Source: Lama glama (lineage: Eukaryota). Taken from it: DNA of 64,000 nucleotides. The stretch lies in the NCBI GenBank assembly GCA_028534125.1, contig CM052822.1:78058001-78122000 (forward strand), written 5' to 3'. Each line of letters starts with the position of its first letter. The stretch's first letter is position 1. The position numbers and the translations under genes were made by a program. The notes beneath the pieces are model-generated. The model made no database searches, was not told the origin of the DNA, and was given only the letters and a program-made list of their open reading frames with translations. Of the stretch, positions 12,517 to 26,082 are shown piece after piece.

Positions 12517-15500
12517 CTGCAAGTCCAAGAGCAGAGAATCAACCGTGTGCAGGCGTCCAAGCACCACGCGGAAGCGGAGCGAGCCCAATGGCCGCCCGCG
12601 GACATCCCCTGTGCGCCCCTTGGCGCCGCCCGGCCCTCCTGAAGGCCTTTCAGCGAGCGCCCCCTCCCTGCCCCGTCCCCGCGGTCCCACTCGGCAGAAT
12701 GGAGATATCCCCCCCGTTCTTCTTGTGTGAAGTCTGAACGCCAAGGTTTGGTGTTCCTCTGCGATACCCTGTCCAGTGTTTGCCTCTAAGTGACACATGT
12801 TTGGCAACATGCAAATTATAAAATCAACGTGATATTAGGCTGTTAGACCACCACTCAATATACACAGTTTTGCAGCCTAGAGAGAGTTAAATCCTCAAGA
12901 CAAGAATGCAGGTTTAAAAGGAGGGTGGGAGAAAAAGAAGATGCAGCCGAGGAGGGGGCAGGGGAGTGAGGGCACGTGGAGACTCGCAGACACAGGAACG
13001 CGCCTTAATGGGCACGTTAATGTGACTGATGTTGAAACCAGACGCTTCCACGGGGATTCGTCCACGTGAGCTGTCGAGGCTTTTCGGTTCAGTCAAGGAA
13101 TCGTCCTGAATTTCGGTTCTGGAATCACCACCCATCCACGTACGGCGGCGTCTCTCTGCCGGTTTTCAGGAGCTTTCACAGTGAGCAGGGCGCCCCCGAG
13201 AGCCCCCTCCTGGCCCCCTCCTCCCCTTCCCCTGAGAAGTGCAGACTTGAAAACGGACAGTACGGAGCTGAGCTCTGTCCCCTGCTGCTGCTGTGAATGC
13301 CTCTCGGTGGCCACACACCACCTGCTTCTGCTGAGGCAGCAGAGCCAGACTCTCCCCAGCTGTGAGCGCGTCACCCCCAGATTCCCGGCCGGGTCTCCCC
13401 GCTTCCTGCCCCCGGCAGCTCGGGGCAGGACAGGGAAGCATGGGGACCTCACTGTGCTTTGTGCTTCTTCATTCTCCAGCAGATTCTGCTTACTCTAAAC
13501 AACTCTGGGGCTCGGGAGACCTGGTGAGCCCCCAGACTGACCGAACTTGGAAGGTACTGTCCACCACACTGAATGCCGTCCTGTCTCTCGTTAAGGTGTT
13601 AATGTTGGCAGGTGAGAATCATCCAGAGACAGGGAGGGGCTCACGCCTGACATGTTCACCTGAGCACGCGTCACACAAACCCAGGCGACGCAGAAACATT
13701 CGGAAGGCGTTTATGACGGGAGATTCGGAAGCGCCCCGCCAAGGTGCAACCAGCGACCGAAGTCCCCTGGAGCCAACGGCTTTGGGTCCTGCCAGATTTA
13801 TTCTTGAGAGAGTGGAAGTTGGCTGTGGCAGGAAGATGAACTATGACTGACTAGAAACACTGGTCAGCCGCGACTTCCCAGCACGCCGCGAGCACGAGCT
13901 CCACAGCGAGGTCCGAGAGGCCCCGTTTCTCAGTGGGCGGCTGCCATCGAAGCCCAACCCTGGGCCGTGGCCCGCGAGCAGGCCTTCTGAACGCACAGGT
14001 CTGGGTAAACAGCAGGGCTTCCGGCTGCCTCTGGAGGGCTCCCGAGGGCCTCCCTGGAGTCCACCTCATCACACGTATTTCAACACGCCGGCTTCAGGTC
14101 CTGGTGAGAGCGGCACTCCGGCCCCCCAGTGCCTGAGAACCGCAGAGCAGGCTGGCTGGCGATCGGAGGGAGGGGAGCAGGCGGGAGCCCCCGTGAGGAC
14201 CCTGATCCTTCTTGGAGCAGAGCAGCCCCCGGTCGCGGAGCCGAGCAGGCACCGGCTTGCGGGGCGGCCGGGGCCTGCGGGCCTCCCGGCTCAGTGGGCA
14301 AGCGTAGCTGGGTTTTCTAGTCAGAAAAACAAGAACTCGCGGCCTAAGCTGGGAGTCCCGTGAATGCCTGATGGTTAGTGAGAAAGTGCTCTGCGCACCA
14401 GGGCCCTAGCCTGGCTGTGAGGACAGCTCGCGGATGACCCCGGCATCCCGGCAGGGGGCCCTTCCGACTGCGTTCATGCCTGAAGGACCCCCTTTCCAAA
14501 AGGCCACTGAGTCAGGGACCAGGGCTTCAAATTTCAGACTTCCACGGCCTTCCTACCACATATCTGACTGCAGCAACAAGTGGATTTTAAAATTAATGGT
14601 GAACTTGTTTTGTTGTTATTGTGGGACCATCTTGAACCTCCAGCTGAAACACCTGGGGCCTTCCCGGAAGGGCCAGAGTGATGCTGGCCAGAGTCCAGCG
14701 GGGGGTGGGTCCACGTAGGAGGGACGGTCCAGCAGACATTTCACTTGGGGGCAAGCCCCTGAACTGCTCTGTGGCTCACGGTTCCTGTCCATCCCTTTCA
14801 AAGGGATGTTCTGGGCGGGGGTGTGCTGTATTCTCCGAGATGCAAGTCAGACAGCAAGGCCTGGTGGTTGAGGGGATTCACTCGCAGTAACACGCAGGTA
14901 GAGGCGAAGCCAGGGCCTCTGAGCAAATGACCCTCCCCCTCCCCCACGCGTGGTCGGCTGAATGTCAGTCCTTCGTCTTCCCAGCACAAACATACGTCTC
15001 GTTCCTGGCAGCAAATTCAACACGGGGACCCAAACACAGAGCAAGAATTTTTGCAGCCTTGGCGCTGACATTTGCATTGAGAAGTGGGTGTGTCCCTCTG
15101 GATCTCGGTCTGAGATGTCGCTCAGGCGTCAGGAAGCACGGACGTGCAGAAATGCAGGCAGCATCTCCCCGCCTGCGTCTGGCTCTGGGACGGAGTCTTC
15201 TCCTCTGACAGGACAGAGCCACGGCTGTGAGCCTTGTCGGCGGGGGGTGGTGGGCAGCTCTGGGGGCACCGCTGAGTCTCCCGGGGTGTGCGCTGCTTCT
15301 CAGAGCCCGGGGCGCTCAGCAGGCACCACCGTGCTCAAGGACGCTGCTCCCAGCTTCTCTCTTTCCCGCCTGCCCTGACACAGCGTTGTGTGCATCGCCC
15401 CCCTTCTTCCTGGGACGCTGTACCGTGGGCAGAACAGGGACCACTTTCCTGTTTCAAGTTGAAGCAACTCAGGCCCCAAGGATCAAACACTTGACCTGAC

Positions 15501-17249
15501 AAAGGCCATGGAGCTCAGGGCCCAGACCTGGCCCAGCCCTGCCACCTGCCAGCCAGGTGGTATTCGAGTAAATGCCTTGGTGTTTCAGTGTCAGATTCAT
15601 CACCCACAACGAGGGCGGAGCCCTCTGACCCCCAGGGCTGCCGTGATGTAAGGCTTCCACAAAGCGCTCCCGTAAGGCCGGGCACGGAGCAAGGGCTGTG
15701 GGAACAAGCTCAGGGTTACAGGCGGCCACACGCCTCGCTGACTCAAAGTCAGCTGAGCCGGCAGACGTTGTTTACAGTTCACAGTGCTGTCAGCAAACAC
15801 AGAGAGAGTCCCAGAAACGCCAACGGGAGACCCAGGCCCCAGCGCTTCTCGATCACGACCGGGGCGAGGAAGCCTTGAGGACAGACGTGCTGGGTCGTCG
15901 TGAGGACCCGGAGCTCGGTCGCCAGTGGAGTCAGGGCCATCGTCCAGAGCCTTCCTACGCTCCCCTGACCCCCTCTGAGGAAGGTGTGCGGGGGCCCATG
16001 GCATGTGACCTCAGCCTGTAACGGATCTCCAAGGATGGCGTGTTCCCAGCCCCCCGGTTCTGGCACTCACGCGAAGTGTGTTGACCCACTTCCGAGTCAA
16101 TGATCTCCACGTCTCTGGTGGGTGGAGTCTGTGGTGCTGCTGCTGGTCACCGGATCAGGCCTCCGCGGGAGCCGTGGGCTGACACAGTCACAGGGGGGCT
16201 CTTCATGAGAGTGGTCTGCCAGTGTCCCGCTGGGAGCGCCGGCTGCCTCAGCGCTCTGTGGGGATTTAGATTCAACCACCTCACTGCCTGACGGCATTTG
16301 CTCTGCTTTGATGGGGTGGCTGGTGGAAACATGGGGTGTCTGGTGACAGGCCAGCCCTCTGTCTGGACGGTCAGGGCTCCGAGTCTTCAGGGGGACTCAC
16401 ACATCGGGACATGCTCACAAATGGCACCAAAGACCACGGGTTCTTCTCCGATCCCTTGGGTCCATGGATGGGTCAGTGAGCCGTGGATATTCCTTGTCCT
16501 TCTCCGTCAGTCTCCTGATTCCTGCCAAGCACACCTGGAACCGTCTTTGTTGCTTTGGACTTGTCACAGTGGAGGTGAAGCAAAAAGTGTTGACACCGTG
16601 TTTGGTAACCAAGGCTCTGAGAAGCTGCTAGATGTCGTGTTTCTCTGCAGCTCTGGGGACCTGGGGACAAATGTGACCACGAAACACCCTTTCTCTCAAG
16701 CGTTTAAGAAGAAAAGCTGCAGCATTCTGTGCAGCGTCTCCTCAGATCAGCACTTAGGCAAATTGGGCATCTGTGGTCCCAGGTCCGGACACTTGCCTAC
16801 GTCCAAGACAGTGAGAAAACAAGGCTGGGTCTGTCCCACAAGATGCTCGCCCAGCGCCTGAGCCGTCCCATGACGCAGAGGCTCCCCTGGCTTCCCGGCC
16901 CCGAGCACAGCAAAAGCAGGTCCCGGAGTCACACACGTGTCCTGAAATGTGGTCAGACGGCTGGTCTCCTGTCTCGTCTCTTGGTTTCACCAGCATCTCT
17001 GCAGATCTCCCAAGCAGCAACCCCAGGCAGGACTGCTGCCCAGCCTGCCGTGTGAGCAGCAGTGTGGGCAGGTCACACGGGCTGGGGCACGGTGGCCGCC
17101 CCGGTCCAGCTGCACACCAGCATCGTCGCCCAGCATCTCCGTGGAAAAGGCCCCTCTGGGCACAGCCCCTGTGCCGAGCAGGAACAGACCTCAGGGCTCA
17201 GGGTATGGCTTCACACCACCCCCGCTACTGAGCGGCCCCGGGCACCTGG

Positions 17250-17570
17250 TGTCAAAGGTTGAATTGTGTACCCTGGAAAGATGTGCTGGAGCCCTAGCCC
17301 TCAGGACCCCGGGACGTGGCCTTACTTGAGGTCTGTACAGGTGACTGTGTTACAATGAGGTCATATGGGTGGGCTTAATCCAACGTGCCTGGTGTCCTTA
17401 TAAAGGGGGAGTTGGGACTCAGACAGGCACGGAGGGAAGACGCCGTGAGGACACGGAGATGACTGCCGTCTGCAGGCCAAGAGGAGGCCCAGGAAGATGC
17501 TCCCCCAGAGCCCGGGGGGCCGGCCTTGTCCTGGACACCAGCCTGTGGCCTGTGAGGACACATCTCTGCC
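17250..17570 (+). mobile_element. MLT1-type MaLR solo LTR
   Basis: tgtcaaaggttgaattgtgtaccc...aatgaggtcatatgggtgggcttaatccaa...ctggtgtccttataaa...gaagacgccgtgaggac, typical MLT1A-C blocks. Confidence 0.85.
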
Positions 17571-19154
17571 CTGGACCCTCCTGCGCCCGGAGTCAGGGGT
17601 CCACCCGGGTCCGGCTTTCTCGCGATTTGCCTGTCTGCCCTTTCCACGCGTTTAACTGCTTTTGGGTCCCCGCTTCTTCAGGAGGAGGCTGACCTGATGA
17701 TTGGGAAGCTCCCAGCAGCTAAAAAGGCTAGTTTTCCACAAGTTATCAGCAAACAGACACGCGGTGCCACCATGAGCCCGGGAGCAGCTACAGGGCTTTG
17801 TCTCTGTGGGAGGAGGCTCCTGGCACTGTGGGTACAGCGGTGCAGCCAGCGCGCCGTCCTTGCTCCCCGAGGCCAGGGTGACTGCGAGCACAGTGTGCGA
17901 GGGTTTGCCAGCAGCAAAGCACAGAACAACTGTGCACAGTGAGAGCACAGGCGTCAACCAAGCAAAACCACGCCACCCACACAGTTCCACCCAGAGACCT
18001 CGATCAGCCAACCTTGGCTATAAATCTCTGTGCAGGGACCGCATCCCACACGGCAGCTGAGACGGGAAGGCAAGACATGAAGACAGGCGAGAACGCGGCC
18101 TCCCAGGGCCCTGGCGGGTGGGCAACTCGCTTTGTTTAAACAAAAGAGCAAAAAAGCCTGTGTTGTCCTGAGCACAATGCTGTCACCAGGAACAATCCTG
18201 GTCTCCATCTGTGCTGACCGAGGGTAGACAGAGGGCGAACACAGGTGTCACCTTCAACTGACAGTCACAGCCGCTGACAGGGACCAGGCGCACGGGGAGA
18301 CTCTGACCTCTGAGGACAAGATGGTTATCCCCCTAGGCCTTGCCAACCAAGATGTTTCTGGGAAAGTAAGGGGAGAAAACTTGGCAGGAACCTTGCCAAT
18401 TACCTTAGTAGAGATTTACCCGTAGTGAGCAGGTGGGAGGATCCCCAAACACCTCACAGAGCTGACGGCTCACACAGCCCAGAAGGGAAGGGGCCGTGGA
18501 AGGTGCCCAGGGGTCTGGGGACGACGTAGCAGGAAGAGGGGGCAGAAACAAGACCTCAGGCGCAGGATTACCTCTGACCAGCCGTGGGGGTGCGGCGCCC
18601 GGCGTCCTGCGCAGATGGAAACACGGCCTCGGGCGCCCAGAACAGCAGTGGAAGGTTGATCTTACTGGAAGGAAGGACCTTGGGGAGGGAGGGGGCTGCA
18701 CCTGGGAGGTGGGTCCTGGCCAGACCCTCACGCCGTCAGGGAGCAGAGGGACGGAGCCTGGGTCAAGACGAAGGAGCCGGGGGGCACGCCCAGAAGCTCC
18801 CTGAAGCCCTCGGCGCTGGACACTGCTCCATGGATAAGCCCTCCTCCCAGCAGGTGCCAAAGTATAACCAAAAAGTCCGGTTACACGTTCAGGCCCGGGA
18901 GAGGCCTATGGATACAGGCCTGGGTCACTGATGATGCGGTGTGCTGGGCTAGAAGGCAGGCGTGCTGGAAGCGTCTCTGTTCCTTCATTTCCGTCATAAG
19001 GTGGCAGCTGACCTTATTCCCAGGGTGGTTTTTCACACAGAACGTTTTCAAACATTTTCATTATCACCTTCCAGTAGTTGTGGCAGAGCTGGGGTGTCGG
19101 GGGCAGTGCTCAGCTGCGCTCACACCTCTCGGTGGGAGTCCCCTCCTCCGCAGA

Positions 19155-19550
19155 CGAGTTCCCATGGCTGCTGGAATGAATTTCCATAAACCTACTGTCT
19201 TGAAAACCAAATCTCTGACAGTCCCGCCGCTCAGAAGTCTGAAATGAGTCTGGATCTGGGCGCCGGCCGGGCGGGTTCCTCCTGGAGGCTCCGGGGCGAA
19301 TCGCTTCCTCGCCGTGTCCGCCTCCAGCTGCACCCGTTCCTGGCAGGCCCCCCACCTTCAGCCTGCTTGAGGCCCCTCTCTTCTGCATGTAAGGACCCTG
19401 GTGATCACCTCAGGACCGCCTGGAAAACCAAGCTCCTCTTCCTAAGTTCAGGTCAGTTGATGAGCAAACCTTGTTTCATCTGTAACCTCAGCTTCCCATT
19501 GTCGCGTAGGAAGTGCATTCACGGATCCCCAGGGTAGAATGTGGCGACTC
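19155..19550 (-). mobile_element. MLT1 (D/E-like) MaLR LTR, antisense
   Basis: ggctgctggaatgaatttccataaacc...cagaagtctgaaatgag...ctggaggctccggggcgaatc...taaggaccctggtgatcac...gatgagcaaacctt. Confidence 0.8.
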
Positions 19551-19575
19551 GGCTTAGAAACAGCACAGCGCCGAG

Positions 19576-19603
19576 ATCAGCACCACGGCTGTGGACAGCG
19601 ACC
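19576..19603 (+). promoter_or_regulatory. Candidate non-canonical RE1/NRSE (REST) site with 8-nt spacer
   Basis: aTCAGCACC-acggctgt-GGACAGCGacc: both RE1 half-sites are intact. Confidence 0.5.
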
Positions 19604-19699
19604 GGAAGCCTTGCTGCCGAGAAGGACAGGAGAGGTGGGAAGACAGAGAGAGGGGAGGGGACAGGTGGGAGGGGACGTGGGCGTAACTAAGCACAGCCT

Positions 19700-20100
19700 C
19701 TAATTCTGGTTTTCCTGCTAAAACTTGATACTGTGGAAGTTAAAGCAAGCAAGCGTGTTCCTGGATGTCCAAACTGAATTCTAACAAGGAAAGAACTAAA
19801 CTGACGGTAACCTTGAGAGAAAAGCAGCCAAACCATCTCGAAGTTCTCAGTTGCCAAGAAGAAGAATGCTGGGCATTTAAGACATAACCAGATGAGAGAA
19901 CTTTGTTCCGGAGACTCCAGAACGGGCCGAGCCAAAGAGGCGGAAACATGAGAATTCTGCTGACACAGCTGTAGGCATCCTGAGTGAGAGAATGAGAGCG
20001 ACAGCCCAGGAGACCAGGGCTGTCCACGACTGAAAAGGTCACACACAAAAGACGGAAGGGGATGGACACAGATGGACACAGACTAGGGGCTCACACTGCA
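19700..20100 (+). mobile_element. Possible old L1 ORF1-region relic
   Basis: A-rich, degenerate L1M-like text; subfamily cannot be assigned by eye. Confidence 0.35.
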
Positions 20101-20539
20101 CAGGACGGTTTCAGAGAGGCTGGCACCCCGAGGGGGATGGTGAAGAGAATGCTTTTTCGAACCAGAAAGGACAGAAAGGAGACAGGTACGGGGTGGACAG
20201 ACGCTGGCAGGACAGGGGTCACTGGCAGGCTCTAGTTGCAGGAACGGGTTTTACAAGTCCTCTGGGTGCGGCCACAAGAGCGTGCTGCCATGTTCACAGC
20301 AGCATCCTGGGGATGCAAAGTCCAGTCGCATAGTGTCCCTAGGCCACTGGGTCTTGGGTGCACGACCAGAAAGGGGGAAACAGCAGGTCTGGAAACCAGG
20401 CCGCCAGCTCCCAAGGACCTGGCAAAGGGGCCGGACTCCTGGCTGGACAGCTCGTGAAGACAGAGGGGGCAGTCCCTGGGGGAAGAGGAGCTTCTCAGGA
20501 GCAGGTCACGTCGGAAAACCCAGGGGGCCATTTCAGAAC

Positions 20540-20860
20540 TAAAATGGCTAAAGAGACGTGAAATCCAAAATGCAGTTATGAACCCTGACTTCAGCAAAAA
20601 ACTGCTGTAAGTGATGTAACTGGAATATCTGGGAACAATGGAATATGGACCGGAATTAATGAAAACGGAGAGTTACTGATTTTCTTAGTTACAACAATGG
20701 GGACGTAGTTATGCGGGAGAAAGTCTTCATTTTTAGGAGGCATGGGCTAAAGCATTTAGCTGTCACGATGCCTAGAACCCACTTTGAGAAGCCCGGCCAA
20801 TAAACTAAGCACACGCATACGTCACACAAAAGTGGCAGAACGCTGAGCAGCAGCTGCGGG
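20540..20860 (+). mobile_element. Old L1 (L1MC/L1ME-like) 3' fragment
   Basis: gctaaagagacgtgaaatccaaaatgcag...gaatatggac...gttatgcgggagaaagtcttcatttttaggaggcatg...aaaagtggcagaacgctga. Confidence 0.7.
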
Positions 20861-23800
20861 AGCCTAGCTGGTGGGAACGCAGGCGACCACCAAATTTCCA
20901 TTTCAACCCGAGTGTTCCCAAACTTCTGTGATAAAAAGTAGGGGGAGAAATCACATCAGGCCAGAAGTCTTGCTTCTTTGCAAAGCGCCCCGGACTGGCC
21001 AACAAGGACTCTTCTGGGGGGTCAGGAGGGCAGCAGGGGCGGCCACGTCACCACCTCACGCTCCGGCTCCAGGGCGAGGGTGTGAGGGGGACGCTGCACA
21101 CGCGGCCTGCGCCGCCTGCTCCCACCCACTTGCCGCACAGCAGAGCTGCCGCCAGCGCCTGGCCCACCAACAGCCACTGGGATGCGCGTCAGCGTGAGGG
21201 AGGCCTCGGAAGGCAGCGCCGTATTCATCCTGCTGGAAGTGACTGTAGCAACGGCCTGGAGGCACGTAAACCACGTTTACAAAACGTGCGGATGGGAGAG
21301 AGCGGCGGGGGGGGGGGGCTCTTGTGCTGACCAGGAATCGCCCTCGTCTCGTTTCGACAAGGATCCGTTTCTCAGAGGTGGACGCAGAGTTCAGCCCTGC
21401 GTGGCGGGAGGCCTGGGGCTGTGCCCTGGGACATGCCCATGGCACAGGGAACGTAAGCCAGACATGCCCACGCGGAGGAGGGAGCATGCCCCCGCCGTGG
21501 CCCTTCTGAAGGGCTGTGATCGGCTGCTTGGGGCACGGAAAACTAGTGTCCATCGAGGGGCCCGCTGTCGGCGCCACCCCCAGGTGCCAGTTTCCCAGCG
21601 CCCTCTGGGGGCCCTCCAACATGAGTCTCTGGGCAGCGTCGGGACAGAAGCCAGGCTACGTGAGGTCAGGTGTCCTGTGAGCCTAGAGGCGGAGCCTCAA
21701 GGAAAGGAGCTGAGGAGGGAACCTGAAGCCTGAGCGGCTGAACCGCGTGGACAGCGCAGCCTCCACCTGCCAGGCAGCCCCTCTGCTCTGGGAGGCGTCG
21801 GGGCGGTGCCCACGGAGGGGCGTGAGCCGGCGGCCCGGCCCCGCCCCCGAGGACCTGCGCCCTCAGACGCAGCCTGGCGACTGGGCGCCCTCTGTGCTTC
21901 GAGGGCGGCCCCCTGCCCCCTGCCCCACAGACCTCCAGTCTCAGGAGCACGGCTCCCGCCGAGACGTCGTCGTCAAGAAGGAAGCCCTCACAGACCCTGC
22001 TGCTGGGACGTCTTCCTTCCAGCACCAGCACACCCAGGCCTCCCCACCCCAGCTGGTTCTGAGGCCGAAGAAAGGAGGAGGAGAACCCGGCCAAGACAGG
22101 GCTGCTCCCGACACGTAACCTCCCCGCCCGCTCGTCCTGTCTGCCTGTCAGATCTAGGAGAATCTTCCGTGACTGACTGCTGCAGGCAGACCAGGTCACG
22201 CACATGTGACCAGGCCAGAACATTCACTATGGGGACTCTGCTCAGGGTTGGGGAGAAACTGTAAAGCAAAGCTTTGTTTGGACAGAACTTGTTTCCTGCG
22301 TGGTTTAAGGGCAGCACGGCAGTCCTTGTGGGCCCCAAACCCTCCCTCTGCGGATGTCTGGGAACTGGGTTCATTCTCCTGACACGAGAAACCTCAGGTG
22401 AGCCCACAAAGCACGTGCGGGGCAGTGTGCGGTCAGCACAGGGGACGTGGGCTCAAACCCCAGTGTCCTCCTCTGTCCAGTGAGGCGGGGTGGCTCCGGG
22501 GGGGGGGGTGGAGGGGCAGGCCCGGGGCGCGTGCTCGGCAGTGGCCTGTGATGTGCTCAGCCTGGGGACTGTCCTTTTCTTCGCCTGCAGTGCCACCCGG
22601 GCGACCTGGCCCCCAGGAGGAGCCAGTCCGGAGCCAACCCTCCCCCGACCCGGCCCCGTTGGCTGGGCTGTGGTCTTGTCAGCAGCAATGCCCTAAAAAG
22701 CCAAACCATGAGAATCAGCATCACCAGATTTCCCTCCGACTCTACGAACCTGCGTCTTCGGATTTACCTGCTCTCCGGTTCCATCTGAGCGTCTCCGTGT
22801 CTCTATCTCGTTATTGTAACTCAGAATCAAAAACATTTTTTTGTTTCACATGGCACACCAAAAACAGCATCATATGACTGTTCTTAATTTAAAAAGCATA
22901 AGAGAGGAATATTGCATAATTCTTTTAAAAAATGCAAAAAACTTAGAAACCATATTAAATTCTTTGAACTTCTGAGGTATCGCCAGACCCAGCACAGTGC
23001 CAGCCAACATCTCATACACGCTACTTGCCTTTGCCTTGGGAAGTAATTCGTCGGTAGCTAGAATCTCCAGGCTGTCAGGAATTGAAAAGTCACTCACCCG
23101 GACACTTTAAATTTCCCGCCAACCTGCCTCTGGGATGTCTTCCAGCCTGGCTGGACCTGCCCCAGTGCGGGGAGCAGAGAGACACTTCAGAGGGGCACCA
23201 GATGTGCACGGGGCGGAGGAGGCGGGAGGCGGTGGGAGGCGCGGGCCGTGGGGCTGCCCCGGGGTCCAGGCAGATGCCCGGGTGGATGTGGCACGGAAGC
23301 CCGGCCACCACTCCCATCTCTGCGGGGAGGACTTGAGGAGAAGCAGGGCCAAGCGAGCTGGTTCCAAGGAGAAGAGCTGGAGGAAGGAAGACCGGGTCCG
23401 GTCGGGGTGGGGGCGAGCAGAGATGGCAGGTGCCGGTCAGACCCAGAAACGAGGGCGAGACTACGGCAAAAGGAGCAACTGTGGAGAGAGGACGGCTCCG
23501 GGGTTTCCATCCGAGACCCGAGGGTGGCTGAATGACGCCCCTGTCAGAGCAGGGGTGTGGGGGACGGCGCCGTCCATACTGTGGTGTGTCAGGCGCCCGC
23601 CCGCTCGGTAAGTCTTCTTCAGTGGCGGAGATGGGCCGTGTGGATGCCCACCATGGTCAACACCCTACGCTCTGTTACAGGCTGTTTCCGCGCGGTCAGG
23701 AGTGAACAGCCAGACGGAAGGAAGCAGGTTTTCGGGATGAGGAGGCCCTTCTCCCTGGTGGGTCTGGTGAGACCAACAGGAGTTGACGCACTGCCACCCC

Positions 23801-25934
23801 CGAGAGCCCGCTCGGAAGGGACGCAGTGTGCAGTGTGACAATGCGACCTCCTTCTCAAAGTGAAGACGGAGGACGAAGGAGGGGTGTGCCTGCAGGAAGT
23901 GGACCCATGCGGCCGGATGCTCTGTCTCAGCGGGTGTGGGCCCCACCTTCCTCCTGGGCCTGGGGCTTCTCCCACACGACCGGACAGGCGAGAATCCGGG
24001 TCAGGCTCTGGGGTGGAAATGGTGATCGAATGTGGTGGCTTCTTCCTAACTCCTGGCACTAGAGCCCAACAAAGAAAGAGCTTCCTCTTTGGAGCCCTCA
24101 CTCGGACCCAAGGATGGCAGCCACGAGGTTCTGGTCCAAGGGGAAGTGCCAGGGCTCCCAGGGCTGGAGCCTCGCCCCGAGGCTGCCTTGAGAGGTGGCG
24201 CTGCCTAATGGCTGAACACAAGATGTCCTGCGTCACTGAGGTCCTGGCCTGTGGACCTGCTGCTGACACGGCACAGACGGGGCCCGGTGGCCAGCCCGGC
24301 TGGAGGGCACGTGGACGGGGATGTGCCACGTTCTGGTTATCGCTGCAGAGGGGTACTCAGGGAAGAGCCTTTGAACCTGAATATTTACAGTTCGGTACCT
24401 GACAACCAAGGAAGCCCCCAGGCCCAGGGGACGCGCTCAGCACAGGCTATTTGCCCAAACCACCAATTACTCAGGGTGCAGCTGTCATCACCCACCCACG
24501 CCCCGTCTAGAACCTCTGAGGACAGAGGCCAGCTCGGCTCGCTGGATGCCCCAGTGTCCGTCCGCGGCCCTCGGCACACAGCAGGCACTTAGTAAAATCT
24601 TAGTCATCGGCTTCTCTTCTCAATGTGAAGCTTGGATGTTGCAACGGCTCCTACTTTTAGAGCTCTTCCGGGAAAACCCCTCAGACGTCACAGAGCTTTC
24701 CTGAACGCTGACCACACTGTTAGGGACACTCACACTCACGTGGGTCAAGGTTTTACAAGGGCCTGTAATGCCCAGGCTGGTGTCTACAGCAACACATCAG
24801 GGACTCTTTGGCCTTCCTGTCCTGTGAGCCCAGATGGAACTGCTGCCGCTTACCGTGAGGCAGGCAGGGCACCTGCTGCTGCCTCCCACAGGCCAGGAGT
24901 ACGGCGGGACTGCGCCGTTGGCTGGCACCTGGCTGGCTCCCGCACTGGCCCCGCAGGACCGGGCTGGGCCCGTGACCCCGGGAGCACAGCCCCCACGGTG
25001 GGTGCTGGTGCTCCCCGTGAGGCCCAGGTGGCTTTGCTGTGCCCTCGAGAACATCAGCCCGCAAAGTGCGTTCTCTCTTGTTCCCTTACGTTACTAAGAA
25101 AGACAGTAACCACCCCCACCCCCACTTACCACCCGTGAAGTCGGCATCTATGTGACACTTTGGTCAGAAGCCCTCAGCTCCCCTCCCGCTCCCGGGGAGG
25201 GGTACGCATTCATCACAGCCGGCCTGGCCTGGAACCCGCTGGAACACAGGAGGCCGGTGCATCACTAGCTGGGTGACAGGGGAACCGGAACAGCAGGTCG
25301 GCGGGGCGCAGACTCAGCCCGTCTGCCCCTCCGCGGGCCTTTGCTTCTGCGGGTCACTCGTCACCTCAGACACACCACACTGTACGTAAGACCCCAGGTG
25401 GCTGGTGTCTTTCTGTGTCTCTGCTTTCTGGTGACGATTCATGGCCCGACAGCAGGTCCCTGGCATCGCTTGCGGGGACACCGGATGGCTGAACGTGGCG
25501 GGGGCACCTGCTCACCCAGGGCCTAGAGCATGCGGAGGCCGGCGGCATGGCCTCGTCTGACCCTCGCAGCTTTGAGATTTACGGACGACAGCGAGACCCC
25601 AAGTGCAGAGGAGAAGGAGGCTCCCAGGGCACAGACCCCAGCCGCAAGTCACAGAGCAACAGCCAACGCAGGGCCGTCTGCCCGCCCCGCCGCGCAGCTT
25701 GGGGGGCAGCCCGCCGGGCCAAAATGGAGACGCGGGTTCTGTGGTTTGAGGCTGCAGGTCCCCCAGGGTGATGTCTTCCTGCTCTTTAAAGTGAGGGCAC
25801 AGTCGGCCGGCAGGGAGAGCAGACCAGCAGCAGGAGGGGAGGGCAGTCCTGCCGCGTGAGGGCTGGCAGGCGCGGCCCGTGCCCGCCGTGGCGGGCCGCC
25901 CTCCCGCGCCCAGGGGCCCGCGGGCGGTACGTAC

Positions 25935-26082
25935 AGGTCAGCACAGCCGGGCAGCGGTTCTTGGGCACGTTCTCCTCCCTCTGGGCCACAAGCGAGCAGC
26001 TGGGCTCTGCCTGGTAGGCGCACAGGGCCTCCCACTCCCGCTGCAGCCGGTTCTTGTCCTCCAGGTGGTCCTCCATGTAGGC
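25935..26082 (-). CDS. PTPRN2: PTPRN2 coding exon (148 nt, phase 0-1; probably exon 15), start of PTP domain with KNRx motif
   Basis: Branch point cctgAc about 20 nt upstream, acceptor gcattccAG|GCC, donor ACCT|GTacgt. Translates to [49 protein letters not shown]. Confidence 0.97.

Noticed and set aside
14448-14461. CTCF-like matches (also ~42188 and ~43786)
   Set aside because: Such matches are common by chance in GC-rich DNA and have no independent support.
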